DNA of 64,000 bases, from NCBI GenBank assembly GCA_951406725.2, contig OX597832.1, positions 16,306,001-16,370,000 of the forward strand, written 5' to 3'. Of the stretch, positions 41,002-56,319 are shown in pieces. The notes under the pieces are model-generated. The model was not told the origin of the DNA and searched no databases. It saw only the letters and a program-made list of their open reading frames with translations. Both the position numbers and the translations under genes were made by a program. Source of the stretch: Octopus vulgaris. Its lineage: Eukaryota. Positions within the stretch are counted from its first letter, which is position 1. Each line of letters begins with the position of its first letter.

Positions 41002-42559
41002 CAATAAAGTAGAATGTTCCGTAGAGTATCTCAATCCAAATTCCATATATTCTGGAATAAGTTAATTAACTTAAGAGTTGTTAATTTTAATCTCGGGATA
41101 ATACTGTTAATATTGTAAATAGAATCCATGAGATCATGTTATCGATCCTCCATGTGAGCGTAGTGTAATAAGTTTCTTTGTCATAGAAAGGAATTTGGAA
41201 TTTAATTACTCAATAGGTTGAAGTAACATTCAGGGAATATTTATCGACGGACTTCCGGAACACGTGTGCATTAATGCATTCCCCATTACCACAAGCAGTA
41301 GATTCATCAATAGAATGCCTGACAGGCAAGCGAATGTAAAATAACAGATTTTCATATAGGCATTTACATAATACGAATCGTTTTAAATACCAACACCAGA
41401 AATCAACTGGTAAGTTATAATTCACTAAATTAAGAAGTATTCGACACAGTCGAACACAGTAATTACTCATTCAGAGCTTTTCAGCAGAAGCTGAATGCAA
41501 GTAAGTTATATTCCAACACAGACTTTCATTATTATAATGAAAAATCTACTCATTGGCCAAAGACGCTGTTTGACACAAATTGCCAATCAACAATGTTATT
41601 CACAATTAAATAACTAATAATATTGAAGATGACTTATATCTTACAGTTGGAGTAAACTAGTTCCCTTCCACAGCATGTATTATATAACAATCAATTGATT
41701 CTCAAATGAAAAAGAATAAATATCGACTAATGACAGATGAATGGTCAGTATAATACTATAGGGGACTGGGATTGCTAGCATTAGTTAATTACATTTATTT
41801 ACAATGCTAATTAAGTTAATTAGGAAAACTTATAATCATTACCATTTCCTATTTTACCGCTGATGCCACAATATTCGTTGAGAGTGTGAGAGCAATGGGT
41901 ATCTGTGGCTGAATACCGAAGAAGCTCGTACACAGGATAAATCTTATTGCATGAAGATGCTGTTACGTATACACAAAATATGAATGTTTGTTAATAGAGC
42001 ATATATAGCAACCATTAACATCGACTTAATACAATAAATATGAACTAATCTGTAAGGGTTTGTGAAACACTCTGTCAAAATGACGTATGATAAACATTGG
42101 AGTTTACGTAATGTAGATTGATTCATATCTTATCGTTAAATCCTTATAAATTTTGTCTGTGATTCAATCAATCATTGTAACGTTTTGTTTAGGGTTTATG
42201 ACTCCGTATCGGTTTTTGAAATTGAGTAATAATTTATTTTATAGCTAGCGTTTTCCCTGCTTTCTGAAATATGGTTATATCAGAATTCTTCTCTTTATTG
42301 TATGTATCACAGTTATGGAGTGTTCATACTATCTTAATATGTATTTGGGTGTTTTATCAATGTTTAAAATTTATGTGAAAAACAGAGCGAAGATATATTC
42401 CGAAAAATGTAACAAATTATAAGATTGTTATTTATGCGCACAAAGTTACTATTTCATGTATAAATCATTTTACTTTCAGAATTTATTGGGTTCCGTAATT
42501 CTGATATGGTCATGCAGTAACCAACAGGCAACCCGATTGTATCTATCCGTGTAATATTT

Positions 42560-42740
42560 AGTACACTTTGCGACATTTCGCACGTTTTTACATTCTGTGT
42601 TCAAATTCCGCTGACGTCGCTTTAGCCTTTCATCTTTTCTGGGTCGATAACATAAGCTCCAGTAAAGCATCGGGGTCAATATATTCCACTTAGCTCTTTT
42701 CTCAAACTTGCTAGGTTTTGACAAACTGTGAAACCGTTAT
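42560..42740 (+). mobile_element. SINE family A, diverged
   Basis: GTTCAAATTCCGC..GCCTTTCATCTTTTCTGGGTCGATAA. Confidence 0.72.
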
Positions 42741-43774
42741 TTATTAAATAATTAAAATTAAATCATCCTGTGTTGGATTTAGAAAGAATGGAAGAGAATA
42801 GAGTATATTGTTCGAAACCATACCACTTATATAATCCGCTACTCTATATTTATTTACATGATGTCTAGTTGTCACTGATATCAGCCTATAAAATTTTGAT
42901 TTTTAATTTGTTTTGCAAGGATTATATGAAATATTGTGTTGGGACCATTGTGATATTTAGGAAGGGTGAACATTGATATTTTTATTAACACGATCACCTA
43001 TTGTAGCTTGTGCCTCCTTTCTACTGTATTTTTATTCGATGACATTCTTAAAACTGCCGGATACATTCAGAAATATTAAGAAACAAAAACCGGTGAGCGA
43101 ATTTCTAAGAATTAATACTTATGACTTTATCCAAATATAATATTTATACTCTTATACTCACATAAAGCATAACAATTTCCTGATTCCTCAAGAAATATCT
43201 ATATCCTATAAGTTACCTTTCGATATTCACTAATTTGAGGGCGTTTTAAGGACCACTTTAAAGAAACATAAAACATTAGAAAATCTACATCATTTTAGTT
43301 TCCTTAAACTGACGATTGGTAAACAATTCATATCGTGTTTACTTGGCAAATGGAAATAACGCAGTCAAGACAACCCAACACTAAGCCAGATATGAAGACT
43401 GAATGTGTCACGGACGAGATGGGGCAATGAATGACACTTCATGCAGAAGGATAGTAATGTACGTTATACTAAAGGTTGTGCAAAAAATCTATTTTCGAAG
43501 ACATTGTTATTTTCCCGTTACATTCCGCAATGTGAATTTACTATTATAATATTTTCATTATTTCTTGTGTTTATCCTTCGATTTTAGCGCATAGAATGTA
43601 TGTGACTGAAAGGAAAGCGATAATCGGAAAATAAAGCTAATAAGTAGAATGTGAAAGTTATTTCATTTAACGAATTGTTATATTCGCAATGCATTTTACG
43701 GACGATCTTTTATTGATACACAAAATGTTGTATATTGGGATGGCTACCATGCCAGTACTAATCGGTTGTTTTAA

Positions 43775-44150
43775 TGGAGGCACAATTGCCCAGTGGTTAG
43801 GACAGCGGACTCGCGGTTTCGATTCCCAGACCGGGCGTTGTGAGTGTTTATTGAGCGAAAACACCTAAAGCTCCACGAGGCTCCCTCCGGCAGGGGATGG
43901 TGGTGATCCCTGCTGTACTCTTTCACCACAACTTTCTTTCACTCTTACTTCCTGTTTCTGTTGTACCTGTATTTCAAGGGGCCGGCCTTGTCACTCTCTG
44001 TGTCACGCTGAATAGCCCCGAGAACTACGTTAAGGGTATACGTGTCTATGGAGTGCTCAGCCACTTACACGTTAATTTCACGAGCAGGCTGTTCCGTTGA
44101 TTCGGATCAACCGGAACCCTCATCGTCGTAACCGACGGAATGCTTCCACA
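43775..44150 (+). mobile_element. SINE family B with 87-bp flanking direct repeat
   Basis: Colinear with the other family B copies (small deletion in the tRNA head); flanks 43687-43773 and 44157-44243 are identical except for 3 substitutions. Confidence 0.93.
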
Positions 44151-45018
44151 TATTTTCAATGCATTTTACGGACGAACTTTTATTGATACACAGAATGTTG
44201 TATATTAGGATGGCTACCATGCCAGTACTAATCGGTTGTTTTATTTCGTTTTCATTCGATCGCTCAATTATTTCTGGTCATCAGAGTCTTTACCTCTCAG
44301 CCCACTGCCTCCTCGACGCTACGCAATTTCACCGTTTTCTAATACATGTAAAAGGTTCATACAGAAGCACACACGCGCATATATGTAATTGACACTGATT
44401 TTACACGTTCTAGGAGCTACAAATAGCCATCAAATCTCTCATAGCTTTATGGGATATCGCCGTAGCGAATATGGTAGAGTTGATTAATTAGGGTAACGCA
44501 CATAAAAGAAACACACTAACCGACTTTAGAACCGAATTATAACAGGTGTTTGCAAGTCGTTGGTCGAACTGCTATTAATAACTTGCAAGTATTTCTTAAA
44601 TCACAACCTAAAGATACTCGTAGAATGTGTGGACATAGATGTAATACTCTGTTCCTATTTTGACATAATGCAACTCGAGTGAAGACAGAAAACCGTTACG
44701 CATCAAATGATCCTAAGAAATCTAATTAACTGAAACACGAAGCGAAATAGAAAATGAAAATTGTTTCTATGAAATGAATTTTCAAGACGTGTACTCTCTA
44801 TTCTTTATTAATATGGTTAGATAGCTTACTCAGTATCCTACATAAAATCGATTGAATCGAACTGAAGATGGGCCAGTCAATTGGATTACAAATTAGTTCT
44901 CTATTCTAAATGGTCTAATGATTGTGAATGTTTCGTAACCTTCGATGTGGATAACCAATTCTGGATTTTATCAGAAACTCGTAACGTGATAGCCTGGAAT
45001 TGAAATCGCCATTCCTAA

Positions 45019-45099
<81 letters not shown>

Positions 45100-45797
45100 A
45101 TGTATGTATTTATGTCTGGGGCCGTTTGCGTGTACGTGTGTGTGTGTATTTGTGCTTCAACGCCTCAATTCTAGAAACTTCTGACGTTTTAAATGCACTT
45201 TCGTAACTTAATAATTTGGCAAAAGACCGTGCCTTATCAAGTACAAGAAACTAGTACTAGGGCTGACTTGTACAACAGTCGTTCGAGTGACCCATCTTGG
45301 ATGCAATCTAATGTCTGGAACACGTAAAATATATGTAATTTCAAGTATTATGGCAGAATGTATTTTCTTAGAGAAGTCATATACATTAAGAAAAAAATTA
45401 TTTGATGTGATATCTACAGTCAATATTACAAATACGGCCAGACAATGTTAATGTGTCTAAGATTGTTATGAAATGTCAAATTATGTCTCTGTTGCGATTA
45501 TATTTCTGTATGTGAGCGATTGTACGATTGTGAGTAGGTGTTGCTTACGTATAGCATTTACAGCAGAAAGTGAAATATATATGGAGCGATACATTAGTCT
45601 GGATATTTTGTGTGAAAGAAATATAATTACATATACTGAATCAATAATCCATCCAAATAAGGACAGACATAAATATACACGCCACTAATACACACAGGCA
45701 CACATTCGCACAAACACGAACACACCGATGAACACAGTCACACGCATACTCTGAAATATGTGTATACGTGAATGGATATAACACTTCCACCCACACT

Positions 45798-45841
45798 ATA
45801 TATATATATACATATGTATATATATATATATATATATATAC

Positions 45842-45918
<77 letters not shown>

Positions 45919-46651
45919 TGTATATATATATATATATACAAATATATATATAAACATATATGCCTGTAGGCATGTATTCTCCATTCCAGACATGAAGATA
46001 TGTGAGTTTGTAGATACATATATGTATAACTATGTGTGTATGTGTGTGTATATAAATATATATATATACACGCACAGTAACATATTCGTGTCTGTTTCGT
46101 GACTAAACACATGCACATACACGCACACAATTGTATACACATAGAGTATATCTTAGTAACATAAGATATAACTTACCTAAATATGTAACAGATTATCAAA
46201 GCTTTGTATATTACTCCCACAGAGACTACAAAAAACATTTAGGAGCCGATAGAGAAAATACGCTCGAATCAAACGGTGGGAATGAGAAGAGAGAGAACCA
46301 GATACACTGAGGTGGGAGAAAAACTGATATAGCAATAATGCGTTAGTGGTAACTTGATACATATATATATATTTATAAATATTTATATATGTATATATAT
46401 ATATATATATGAATGTATATTAGATAGAATATAGAATTATCATGTGAGATAATTCTCTAACAGGAATAATTCCATATCTTTTGTTCCTCTTTTCATTATC
46501 GTTATCAACTTGTTTCTTTTATATATATATATATATACGCACAGACACAGACACAGAGACAAAGGCTTACATATGCGCACGCGCGCACACACACAGACAC
46601 ACACACAGACACACACACACACACACACACATATATACACACACGTATTTC

Positions 46652-46721
<70 letters not shown>

Positions 46722-46872
46722 CATATACATATACATATATTATGAACATTGAATGTATTCTCTCAAAGATATATCGCTGGAACATTTCACAAAAGAATCG
46801 AGTTTAAATGGCGGTTACACTTCAACACAAAGATATAGAAATGTATTTAACTACCACGAGATGAGCAGTTGG

Positions 46873-46936
<64 letters not shown>

Positions 46937-46998
46937 GTGTGTGTGTATGTATGTATATTTACATATATATATATATATATGCATGTATATATATATCC

Positions 46999-47058
<60 letters not shown>

Positions 47059-47105
47059 TTTCACATAGATATGTGTGTGTCTACACGTATACATATATAT
47101 ATACT
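45798..47105. repeat. dense cluster of (TA)n/(CA)n microsatellites
   Basis: Several long TA runs separated by short unique spacers. Confidence 0.9.
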
Positions 47106-47610
47106 TACGTCCATAACAGCCGTTGTAAGTCTCCAGATACTGGAAGAATTCGTTCATTTACCTATATGAGATTTACGCTGCAACAGCGATCTATAGAGAA
47201 TATTGTTTCAGTTAACTGAATATCGCCTGAACAAGTGCACGCGTAGTATTCCTCCAGAGAGTAAATGTCTCCCATTAAATGAGGACAATCCTTGCCTGGT
47301 CTGTCTACGTTACAATTTTGGTAATGAACAACTCTTTCGTGTACAACTTACATCTACACATGTATCTCTGTTTTAATTAAGTATTTATGCAGTAAACAGA
47401 ATATATTTCTGAAATATTCAATGCTTTATGACTTAAAAATAGCATTTACAATAAGCATATTTATTTATACATTCATCATACATATTTGAACTACAAGAAT
47501 TCCTATTTTTTGGCTAAACACCAGAAGATAATTTGTTTATAGGTGGAATACATTGTGAATATTCCAATGCTTGGCAAGCGGAATCTTGACGGTCTATATT
47601 TTCATTCCAA

Positions 47611-47701
<91 letters not shown>

Positions 47702-48424
47702 GTAAGTATATTTATATATATGTATGTATGTATGTATGTAAAATATTTAATGTAGATATGTTGCAAACTGTTTAAAGTGGGTACGTTGATGAGAAAATAT
47801 TATTAACTGGAGATTTTCAAAATATTTTCCCATCATTAATTTTTTCTGGAATGCTGTTTCACGCAGTTTAATAATCACACGTTCAATGTTTGATCTAAAG
47901 TAACATATATGCGAATACGTTCAATTACAATGAATCAGCTCTAGGGAAATGGTGCTTTGTTTCCAGTTAAAAATGCATTAATAACGTATTGAATACCTTC
48001 TATTCAACTAAAACACATATTATCGTGTTCCATAACTATCAAATTGTCTACACAAATACATGCGTATTTTACTTATCAATTTTAATTATAGAACTATAAC
48101 GCATTACCAAAAACAACAATGTTAATGTACTTTTGTCGAAATACTCCATACATACCCGAAATTACGGTCAATGAATAAACATTGCGCATTATTTTGAAGT
48201 ATAGTGTCATAAAAGTTCACAAAAAGCATGTAAAAATAGAAATCCACCAAAAGATTTCCATAAAACATGTGCTTGATATTAAAAATTGTATAGACCCAAT
48301 ACAGTTGATTTTCATTATAGATATTCAGATTCTTTTCTGTACTTGCAGTATAAAAACGGAAAAAATGAATCACATATATGATGATGATGATGATGATGAT
48401 GATTATATCATTTCTGTCATTCAT

Positions 48425-48810
48425 AAGCAGAAGCCCAGATATTTGGAGTAGAGATAAGTCGACTACATCTGCCCTAGTATGCAACTAGTACTTAATTTGT
48501 CGACCCCGAAAGAATGTTAGGCAAAGTTGAGCGCTGCGGAAGTTGAACTCAGAAAGTAACGGTAGAAGAAGCACCCATTTCTTTACTACCCACATGGGGT
48601 TAAACACAGAGCGGATAAACAATGGCAGACAGACGGATTAAGTCGATTATATCGACGCGAGTGCGTAACTGGTATTTGTCCAATCGACCCCGAAATGATG
48701 AAAGGCAAAGTTGAACTCGGCGGGATTTGAACTCAGAACGTAGCGGTAAACGAAATACCGCAACGCATTTCGTCCGTCATGCTAACGATTCAGCCAGATC
48801 ACCATGCCTT
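48425..48810 (-). mobile_element. two adjacent or nested SINE family A copies
   Basis: The core TCGACCCCGAAA..GGCAAAGTTGA..TTGAACTCAGAA occurs twice (~48500-48555 and ~48685-48740). Confidence 0.8.
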
Positions 48811-48917
48811 ATTAGTAATAATAATAATACTTACAAACAAGGTCTTCAGTTTTGATAGGATTGGAAAGTCGCCTCCAATGAGAATTGAAGCAGGGAATAT
48901 GTTAAGGGATTGGCTAC

Positions 48918-49083
48918 AACTCAGGGAGTGACTATAACTTAATAAATGTTTATGAAGGGCTAACGATTCTGCCAGCATGCTAGCTTACCATTCTTTATAT
49001 TCATACATATATGTAGATATAGATATAGATATACATGCACACACATGCATATGTAAATACCTATCTTTCTCTCAGTCTATCTA

Positions 49084-49157
<74 letters not shown>

Positions 49158-49179
49158 ATATATATATATAATATATATA

Positions 49180-49235
<56 letters not shown>

Positions 49236-49282
49236 TATATATATAAATGTATATATATATATATATATATATCATATATATA

Positions 49283-49337
<55 letters not shown>

Positions 49338-49558
49338 CTCAGGGAGTGACTATAACTTAATACATTTTTATGAAGGGCTACCGATTCTGCAAGCATGCTA
49401 GCTTACCATTCTTTATATTCATACATATATGTAGATATAGATATTGATATACATGCACACACATGCATATGTAAATACCTATCTTTCTCTCAGTCTATCT
49501 AATCTATCTATATATCTATCTATCTATATATCTATCTATGTATCTATCTATCTATCTA

Positions 49559-49636
<78 letters not shown>
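48918..49636. repeat. tandem duplication (418-bp period) including (TCTA)n(TA)n
   Basis: AACTCAGGGAGTGACTATAACTT...CTCAGTCTATCTAATCTATC starts at 48918 and again at 49336. Confidence 0.93.
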
Positions 49637-49640
<4 letters not shown>

Positions 49641-50959
49641 GAGAGAGAGAGGTCCAGATGAAAGTGGTACTCAAATTGAGGCACCAGAATTTAGCACGGT
49701 ATTATCCATGCAATTTCAATGTAAGTTGATTAAAATCAAAATAATCAAAGAAAAAACACTCCCATGCATGCACACACTCACACACATATGTATGCACATG
49801 CGCAAACTCAGTAAAGCAGATGCGCTTAAGTATACCCATATATAAATCATGAAGACATGTACGCACGAAATTGAGAAACACTAGAACATATCGATAGCAA
49901 TATACTTACATATATGCATACAAACTCTCAGATAGTTGATGAAAATATATGAATGCACATATGTATATAAATGTCCATATACACACATATACAGATATAA
50001 ATTTCCATTCACAAGCAAACCCGTCCAATCAAATAGGTAAATATATCAACACAGTTAGGCTCATGCATACACACATACACCTATATACATGCATGCATAC
50101 ATACATTCATACAGAATTATACATATACATATATAAACATGATTTATTTTTTCTATATCGTTCTATCTGACTGTTAATACAAATCTCGACTACAAACTGG
50201 GTGTCATCCCGATGTAGACAAGTGATCTCAGAGAATGATTATTTTACATCCCAGAATGGCATTCACCTGGCACGTGTCACTAGTACCGATTGAGGTGTCG
50301 AAGTAATCAGGATGCCCATAGCTTCGTGCCAAAATGTGTAACGGTTCGAGGAGCTGCTAGAATTATACACACATCGCTTCTAGTTCGGTGGGAATTTTAA
50401 GTGCTAATTTTGGGGCCTTATTAAAGATAATGTTTGAGATGCTAGAATTATACTTGAATCAAGTTGTATGTATTTTCATGGGTTGGGGGTATAAACCATT
50501 GTATAGCTTCCGTGGTATGCGACTAGAGGTCTACAATATCATTTGAGGGTGTATGATGCAGTATTCTATGTATAATAACTTTGCTTATTCTGAGCACATC
50601 AGAACTGAAGATGTGATTAATTTTTTAGCATTGTAATGTATACACTGAGGATTTTTTCCGTAGGATTCGGAAAAGCACTGGACAAGAAATGGAAACCAAA
50701 ATGAAAGCAGTGGGAATGCAATTAGGGAAACTAAATACGCAATACGAATGACGAAGAGAGGCCGGAGGGTAAACTCCCGCATAAAATCACCGCAAAGCAA
50801 TATAATTTTCCCGCTGTGGAATAATGAGGTGTACTAATCTCCAATAGTACTATAGGGCGATGGGATAATGGAAAGAGAAATGAGAAAGAAATCACAAGGG
50901 GATAATTAGAAATGGGTTCAATACAAAATTGAATGGAGTCATCATCATCGAGCTACAAA

Positions 50960-51790
50960 TACATGTGTGACGCCCGTTTTTAAATACTCTGTTTCCTTTC
51001 AGAATGGGATAGAAGTCGGATACAGAAACCGAATAGAAAAACTATGGAGATTAGCGAAAAGAAAGAAGATTTTCGGCAGCCAGGTGATGGAAACAGTGTG
51101 AAAATAGTGATATGAATAGAAGAAACACAGAACAAAAATAATGGAAAGAAATGGAACTAATTGTCAATTCATAAGACAAACAGAGGCAACTGGATGCAAT
51201 GATTGCTGGTTCTGTTTGATATGCGGGAAATGAGTGACAGAAACGATAATTATAGTCGCTCAGAAATGAGCCCTCAAAACAAATCTGATATAGGTAAAAG
51301 TCGAGACATTTCCATCACACATAAATTTAGAATATGATGCAAATAAGACAAAAGTAAAAGTATTAATTACTTTTTTGTTAAAGGTATCTCACTAATACAA
51401 AAAAATAGGGAGGCAGCCGAGTGTGTGACTGAAAAAAGAACAGAACAGTTTTATGAACTAAACGGAAGACTGATAGAAATTGAAAATTGCAAGATCTTAC
51501 GTGAATCCCCCAATAATTACGACCCATATTATAGAGGACCTCTTTATCTAACAGTGAGAAATCGCAGATTTTGCAGTTCCCTGTGATAGCAGAGGCAGAA
51601 CAACCACGATGTTGCCTAAATGATTGAAAGAGAGAGGTATTGAAGCTCGGTTTGTCGACCAGCAAGGAAGCTCCGTCCTCTATTCTCTAAGAATCCTAAG
51701 TAAGACATTTGATATTTAAAGACATTTGTTAGCAGCCATGAAGATAAAATAACTTCTAGCATAATAATAATAATAATAATACTGATGATG
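50960..51790 (+). mobile_element. internally deleted, decayed R4/Dong-like non-LTR element
   Basis: GYRNRIEKLW (N-terminal GYRKRM..W-like), IADFAVPCDSR (REL IDxAVPxD), LRILSKTFDI*, then an (ATA)n tail at 51761. Confidence 0.6.
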
Positions 51791-51794
51791 ATGG

Positions 51795-51834
<40 letters not shown>

Positions 51835-52149
51835 AAGAGAAGAACAAGAAATTTTAAAGTTATACACTAAAATATTTTATTCTTCTCTTGATTGAAAAAT
51901 ATTTTTTCATATGTTTTTATGTTTAATTTAGACTTGTTTTACTTTTATGTCACTTCAACCTGAGATTTTTTAAAATTACGTTTATATTTAAACGGTATCA
52001 AAGTTACATTAATATTAATTTTGCCAATAAAATATGAACTTGCCTCGTTATCTCTGGCAATGATTTTCTACTAATAACAGTGAATAAATGCACGGGTAAA
52101 TACTATTTTCCACTATCTTTTATTAACTCGTTTTATTTTTAATTACGAT

Positions 52150-53600
52150 TTGTTTCCACCTAGAAACGCTGCTAGCTTATGTCAATTTATTCTTCCCCCA
52201 TAATACTTTGCTAATTTATGTCATTACGTATGTCCATTAATGCAGTTTGTTGTAATTATGTATTTTAATGCAGTTGGATACGTTGCGATATTTGATTTGT
52301 GTCTTTTATTCGTTAATATGGTTTACTACGTTATGTCAATTAAATTATGAAATTGCATTAATGATATCTAATAATTTATGTCATTAAAACATGTTCTTCC
52401 ATTAATGTAGCTTAATACGTGGCATCAATTCAATTTTTATTTTCGTACGAATACGTTATGCCAAATTATACAATCTAAATTATGTCATCCATTAATAAGC
52501 CATGATAAAATATGTCTTTAAAATTTTGCTTTCCACTAACATGGTTTGCTAAGTTGTCATTTAAATTATGTTCTTAACGTAATGTGATCTGCTTTGATAT
52601 GGACATGTCATTTAAGTTGTGTTTTCCATTAATAATGTTTGTTAAATTATGTCATTTAATTTCTTTTATCCATAAAAGAAAGCTTTCATAAACTGAGTCA
52701 TTGAAGTTACGTTTGTGCATAAATAATCTTTACTAAATCATGCCATTTATATTAATAAGGTTGGCATTAATGATGTTTGATAAGTTTTCTAATTTAATTT
52801 ATGTTTTTCAATTAATAAATGTTGCTAAACTATTACATTTAAATTATACTTGGCCTCTTACTATGGTTTCATAAATTATTCACGGAAATTATGTCTTTTA
52901 GGAACGTGGTTTGAAAACGTATGTAATTCAAATGCAATTTGCTTTTTAAAAATAGCTTTAAGAAAATATATCATTAGCTTTTATTATGTTCCTAATAAGC
53001 TTTGCTCAATTATATGCTTTTAGCTGATTGTTACCAATAAAATTTTCCCAAGTTAAGACATACCAATTACCTATTATTCATTTATTAATTATTTCTATGT
53101 CGCATCATGTAAACGAATATTTGTCATTAATGAAATTTGTTACGCTTGCTTTATAACGAAGGGTCTTATGTTTACATGGTCTGCTATGTTTCTTCATTAA
53201 ATTGTATGTACAAGTGAATACAACTTGCAAAATCAGGGATTTCCCATAAATATCATTTAGTATGTTATATCATTTAAATACACTTTTCCATGAATAGGCT
53301 TTCCTAAATTATAGCATAATTATAATATTTTTCATGTAAAATCTAATTAATATTAAATTAAAATTTAATTATATTAATATGGGGTTCAGGTTTTTAGAAC
53401 TTAAATTGTATGATTCGCATTAATGTATTTTGCATAATTATTATCTTTAAATTCAATTAAGTTTACCCATTAATAAGATTCCTTGAGTTATGTGTTTTAA
53501 GCAATATATCCCCAGCAATGTATCACCATAATTCATTTAAATTATTTTCTCATTTTTTCGTTTATTGTATGAAGAACGTGATGTCATTTAAATTATATTT
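52150..53600. repeat. degenerate ~45-bp minisatellite array
   Basis: Recurrent unit like TAAATTATGTCATTTAAATTATGTTTTCCATTAATAAGGTTTGC; anchor TGTCATT-like motifs at 52555, 52606, 52650, 52696 and 52741. Confidence 0.75.
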
Positions 53601-54314
53601 TCCATATGTTCCTCACCGCTCCTTTGTCGTTATCGATTTAGTTTTCTTTCTTTTCTCTGCTTTTGTATATATTTCCCCTTCGAAACACTTTTATTTCAAG
53701 CTTTAAGCAATATCGTGTTTTCCTTGCATTATTTCTGAAGTACAAATGGTGAAGTAAGTACTTTACTCGGACGCGCATGACAGAGAAATAAACATGAACA
53801 GGACAGTTGAAACACACTCGACACAATTATTTGGATGACATTGCTTTCTTCTCTAAAACATATATCATCAGTGTACGACAACAACGATAGCAAAACACAT
53901 CGCCAGACACATACAGGATACCTAAATACGTTGGCACTTACTTATTTAAACAGCGTAAAATATCCCTTTCTCAAAGCAATAAGAACGAACACATTTTTTG
54001 GAATGATAACATTCGGATGATATCAAATGAAGGTGGGTGAGAGAGCTCCAAATTCGACTAGAAATTGTGAATTCGAATCGATGACAACAGAGCTTCAAAA
54101 TAACTCCGAATATGTGATGAAATTTTCAAGAGTCGAGTACTATTTGTTTGTCACTTTCATCGTTATATTTCAAGATATAAATTAAGTATAAGATCTCTTG
54201 AAGCATATTATTTGCCAACAAAGATAAACATTATTATTATAACCATTTATGCAAAATATTTAACGTATCCGTACATTCCAATATACACACTCACACACAC
54301 ATACCTAGATATAA

Positions 54315-54771
<457 letters not shown>

Positions 54772-54825
54772 TTACTGTGTAATATCTAAAATATATGTAT
54801 ATGTGTCCGTGCGCATGTGTTTGTG

Positions 54826-55139
54826 AAGGCGCGTGGCTTAGTGGTTAAGGCATTCAACTCACGAATGTAAAGTCATGAGTTCAATTCCAGGCGATGCATT
54901 GTGTCTTTCGGCAAGACACTTTATTTCCCCTCACCCCAGTTCATTCAGCTGATAAAAATGAGTAGTATTTCAAAAAGCCAACCTTGTCACCCTCTGTGTG
55001 ACGCTGAACCTTCCTGAGAAATAAGTTACGGGTAGGCGCGTATGTGGATTGCCCAACCATTTGCACATAAATTTCAAGAGCAAGTTGTTCCGTTGATCGT
55101 ATCACCTGAGACACTCGTCATCGTAACCAACGGAGTGGT
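54826..55139 (+). mobile_element. CORE-like tRNA SINE with family-B 3' tail
   Basis: Head GGCGCGTGGCTTAGTGG..GAGTTCAATTCC, core GGCAAGACACTTTATTTC, tail CCTTGTCAC..GTTCCGTTGATCG..CGTAACCAACGGAGTG shared with family B. Confidence 0.82.
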
Positions 55140-55141
55140 CT

Positions 55142-55204
<63 letters not shown>

Positions 55205-55287
55205 ATATATTGTGTTACAAATGTTGAGTATCAGATCCAGATGGCTATACTAATTTCATACTGTTTCCGATGCAAGGAACGAAATGT

Positions 55288-55344
55288 CTGCTGCTGCTGC
55301 TGCCTCTGCTGCTGCTACTACTACTACAACTACTACTACTACTT

Positions 55345-55400
<56 letters not shown>

Positions 55401-55452
55401 ACTACTACTACTACTACTACTACTACGACCACTACTACCTCTACTACTACAA
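55288..55452. repeat. (CTG)n/(CTA)n compound microsatellite
   Basis: Direct reading. Confidence 0.95.
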
Positions 55453-55519
55453 CTAATAATTATAATACTGTTGCTGCTGATGATGATGACTTTTGTACGA
55501 CTACTATCGTCATTTTTGT

Positions 55520-55672
55520 TTTCTACTCTTGGCACAAGGCCCGACATTTTTGCGGGAGGGGCCAGATGATTAGTTCGACCCTAGTACACACCTGGTACTT
55601 AATTTATCGAGCCCGAAAGGATGAAAATCAAAGTCAAGTATTTTGCCACCGTTTCTGCCAGCTCGCTACCTT
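55520..55672 (-). mobile_element. SINE family A, internally deleted
   Basis: CTGGTACTTAATTTATCGAGCCCGAAAGGATGAAA..TTCTGCCAGCTCGC. Confidence 0.72.
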
Positions 55673-56049
55673 TAATCATCATGATTATTTCAACGAGGAA
55701 GTGACACAATCTCTATTGAGTAGGATGTATCATTTGCGCTTCTACGTTTGACTTCCAGCCCTTACTAAAATCTACATTGCCACATATCCTTCCGAGGTTG
55801 CTTAAATACTGTACCAAACAATTACTAGAGGTTGGTGCAATCCACTAACACCACTCTCGAGTGTATATTTTGCAATATGCCAATATTTGAAACCCTCCAT
55901 GTTATTGTAAGTATTGGTTCTAATATTATGTAATATTTTACTGTGTAATATTCAAAATATGGGTCGGCTAAAATTTGCAAAGTGAGGATGCTTCTGAAAG
56001 GTAAGCTTCCAAGAAAAGTTTGTAACTGATATGTATTATTTTGGTCTTC

Positions 56050-56260
56050 AGTTCATTACTTTGTTTCAATCATTTGACTGCGGCCGTGTTGCAGTACAGC
56101 TTTGATATGTTAGTTGAATGAATTGATTCCAGGATATTTCTAAGGCCTAGTACTTATTTTACCGGCTCTTTTGCCGGGCAGATAAGTTACGAGGGCTTAA
56201 ACACACCATCATCGGTTGTCAAGCGGTCATGGTGAAAATACTGACACAGTCACACACATA
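56050..56260 (-). mobile_element. SINE family C 3' half
   Basis: TTTGTTTCAATCATTTGACTGCGGCC..GCCTAGTACTTATT..CATCGGTTGTCAAGC is the reverse complement of the family C tail. Confidence 0.75.
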
Positions 56261-56277
56261 CGTATTATATACACACT

Positions 56278-56319
<42 letters not shown>

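Noticed and set aside
52150-53600. CRISPR-like regular spacing
   Set aside because: The units are degenerate tandem copies without constant repeats or unique spacers; no cas genes; eukaryotic context.
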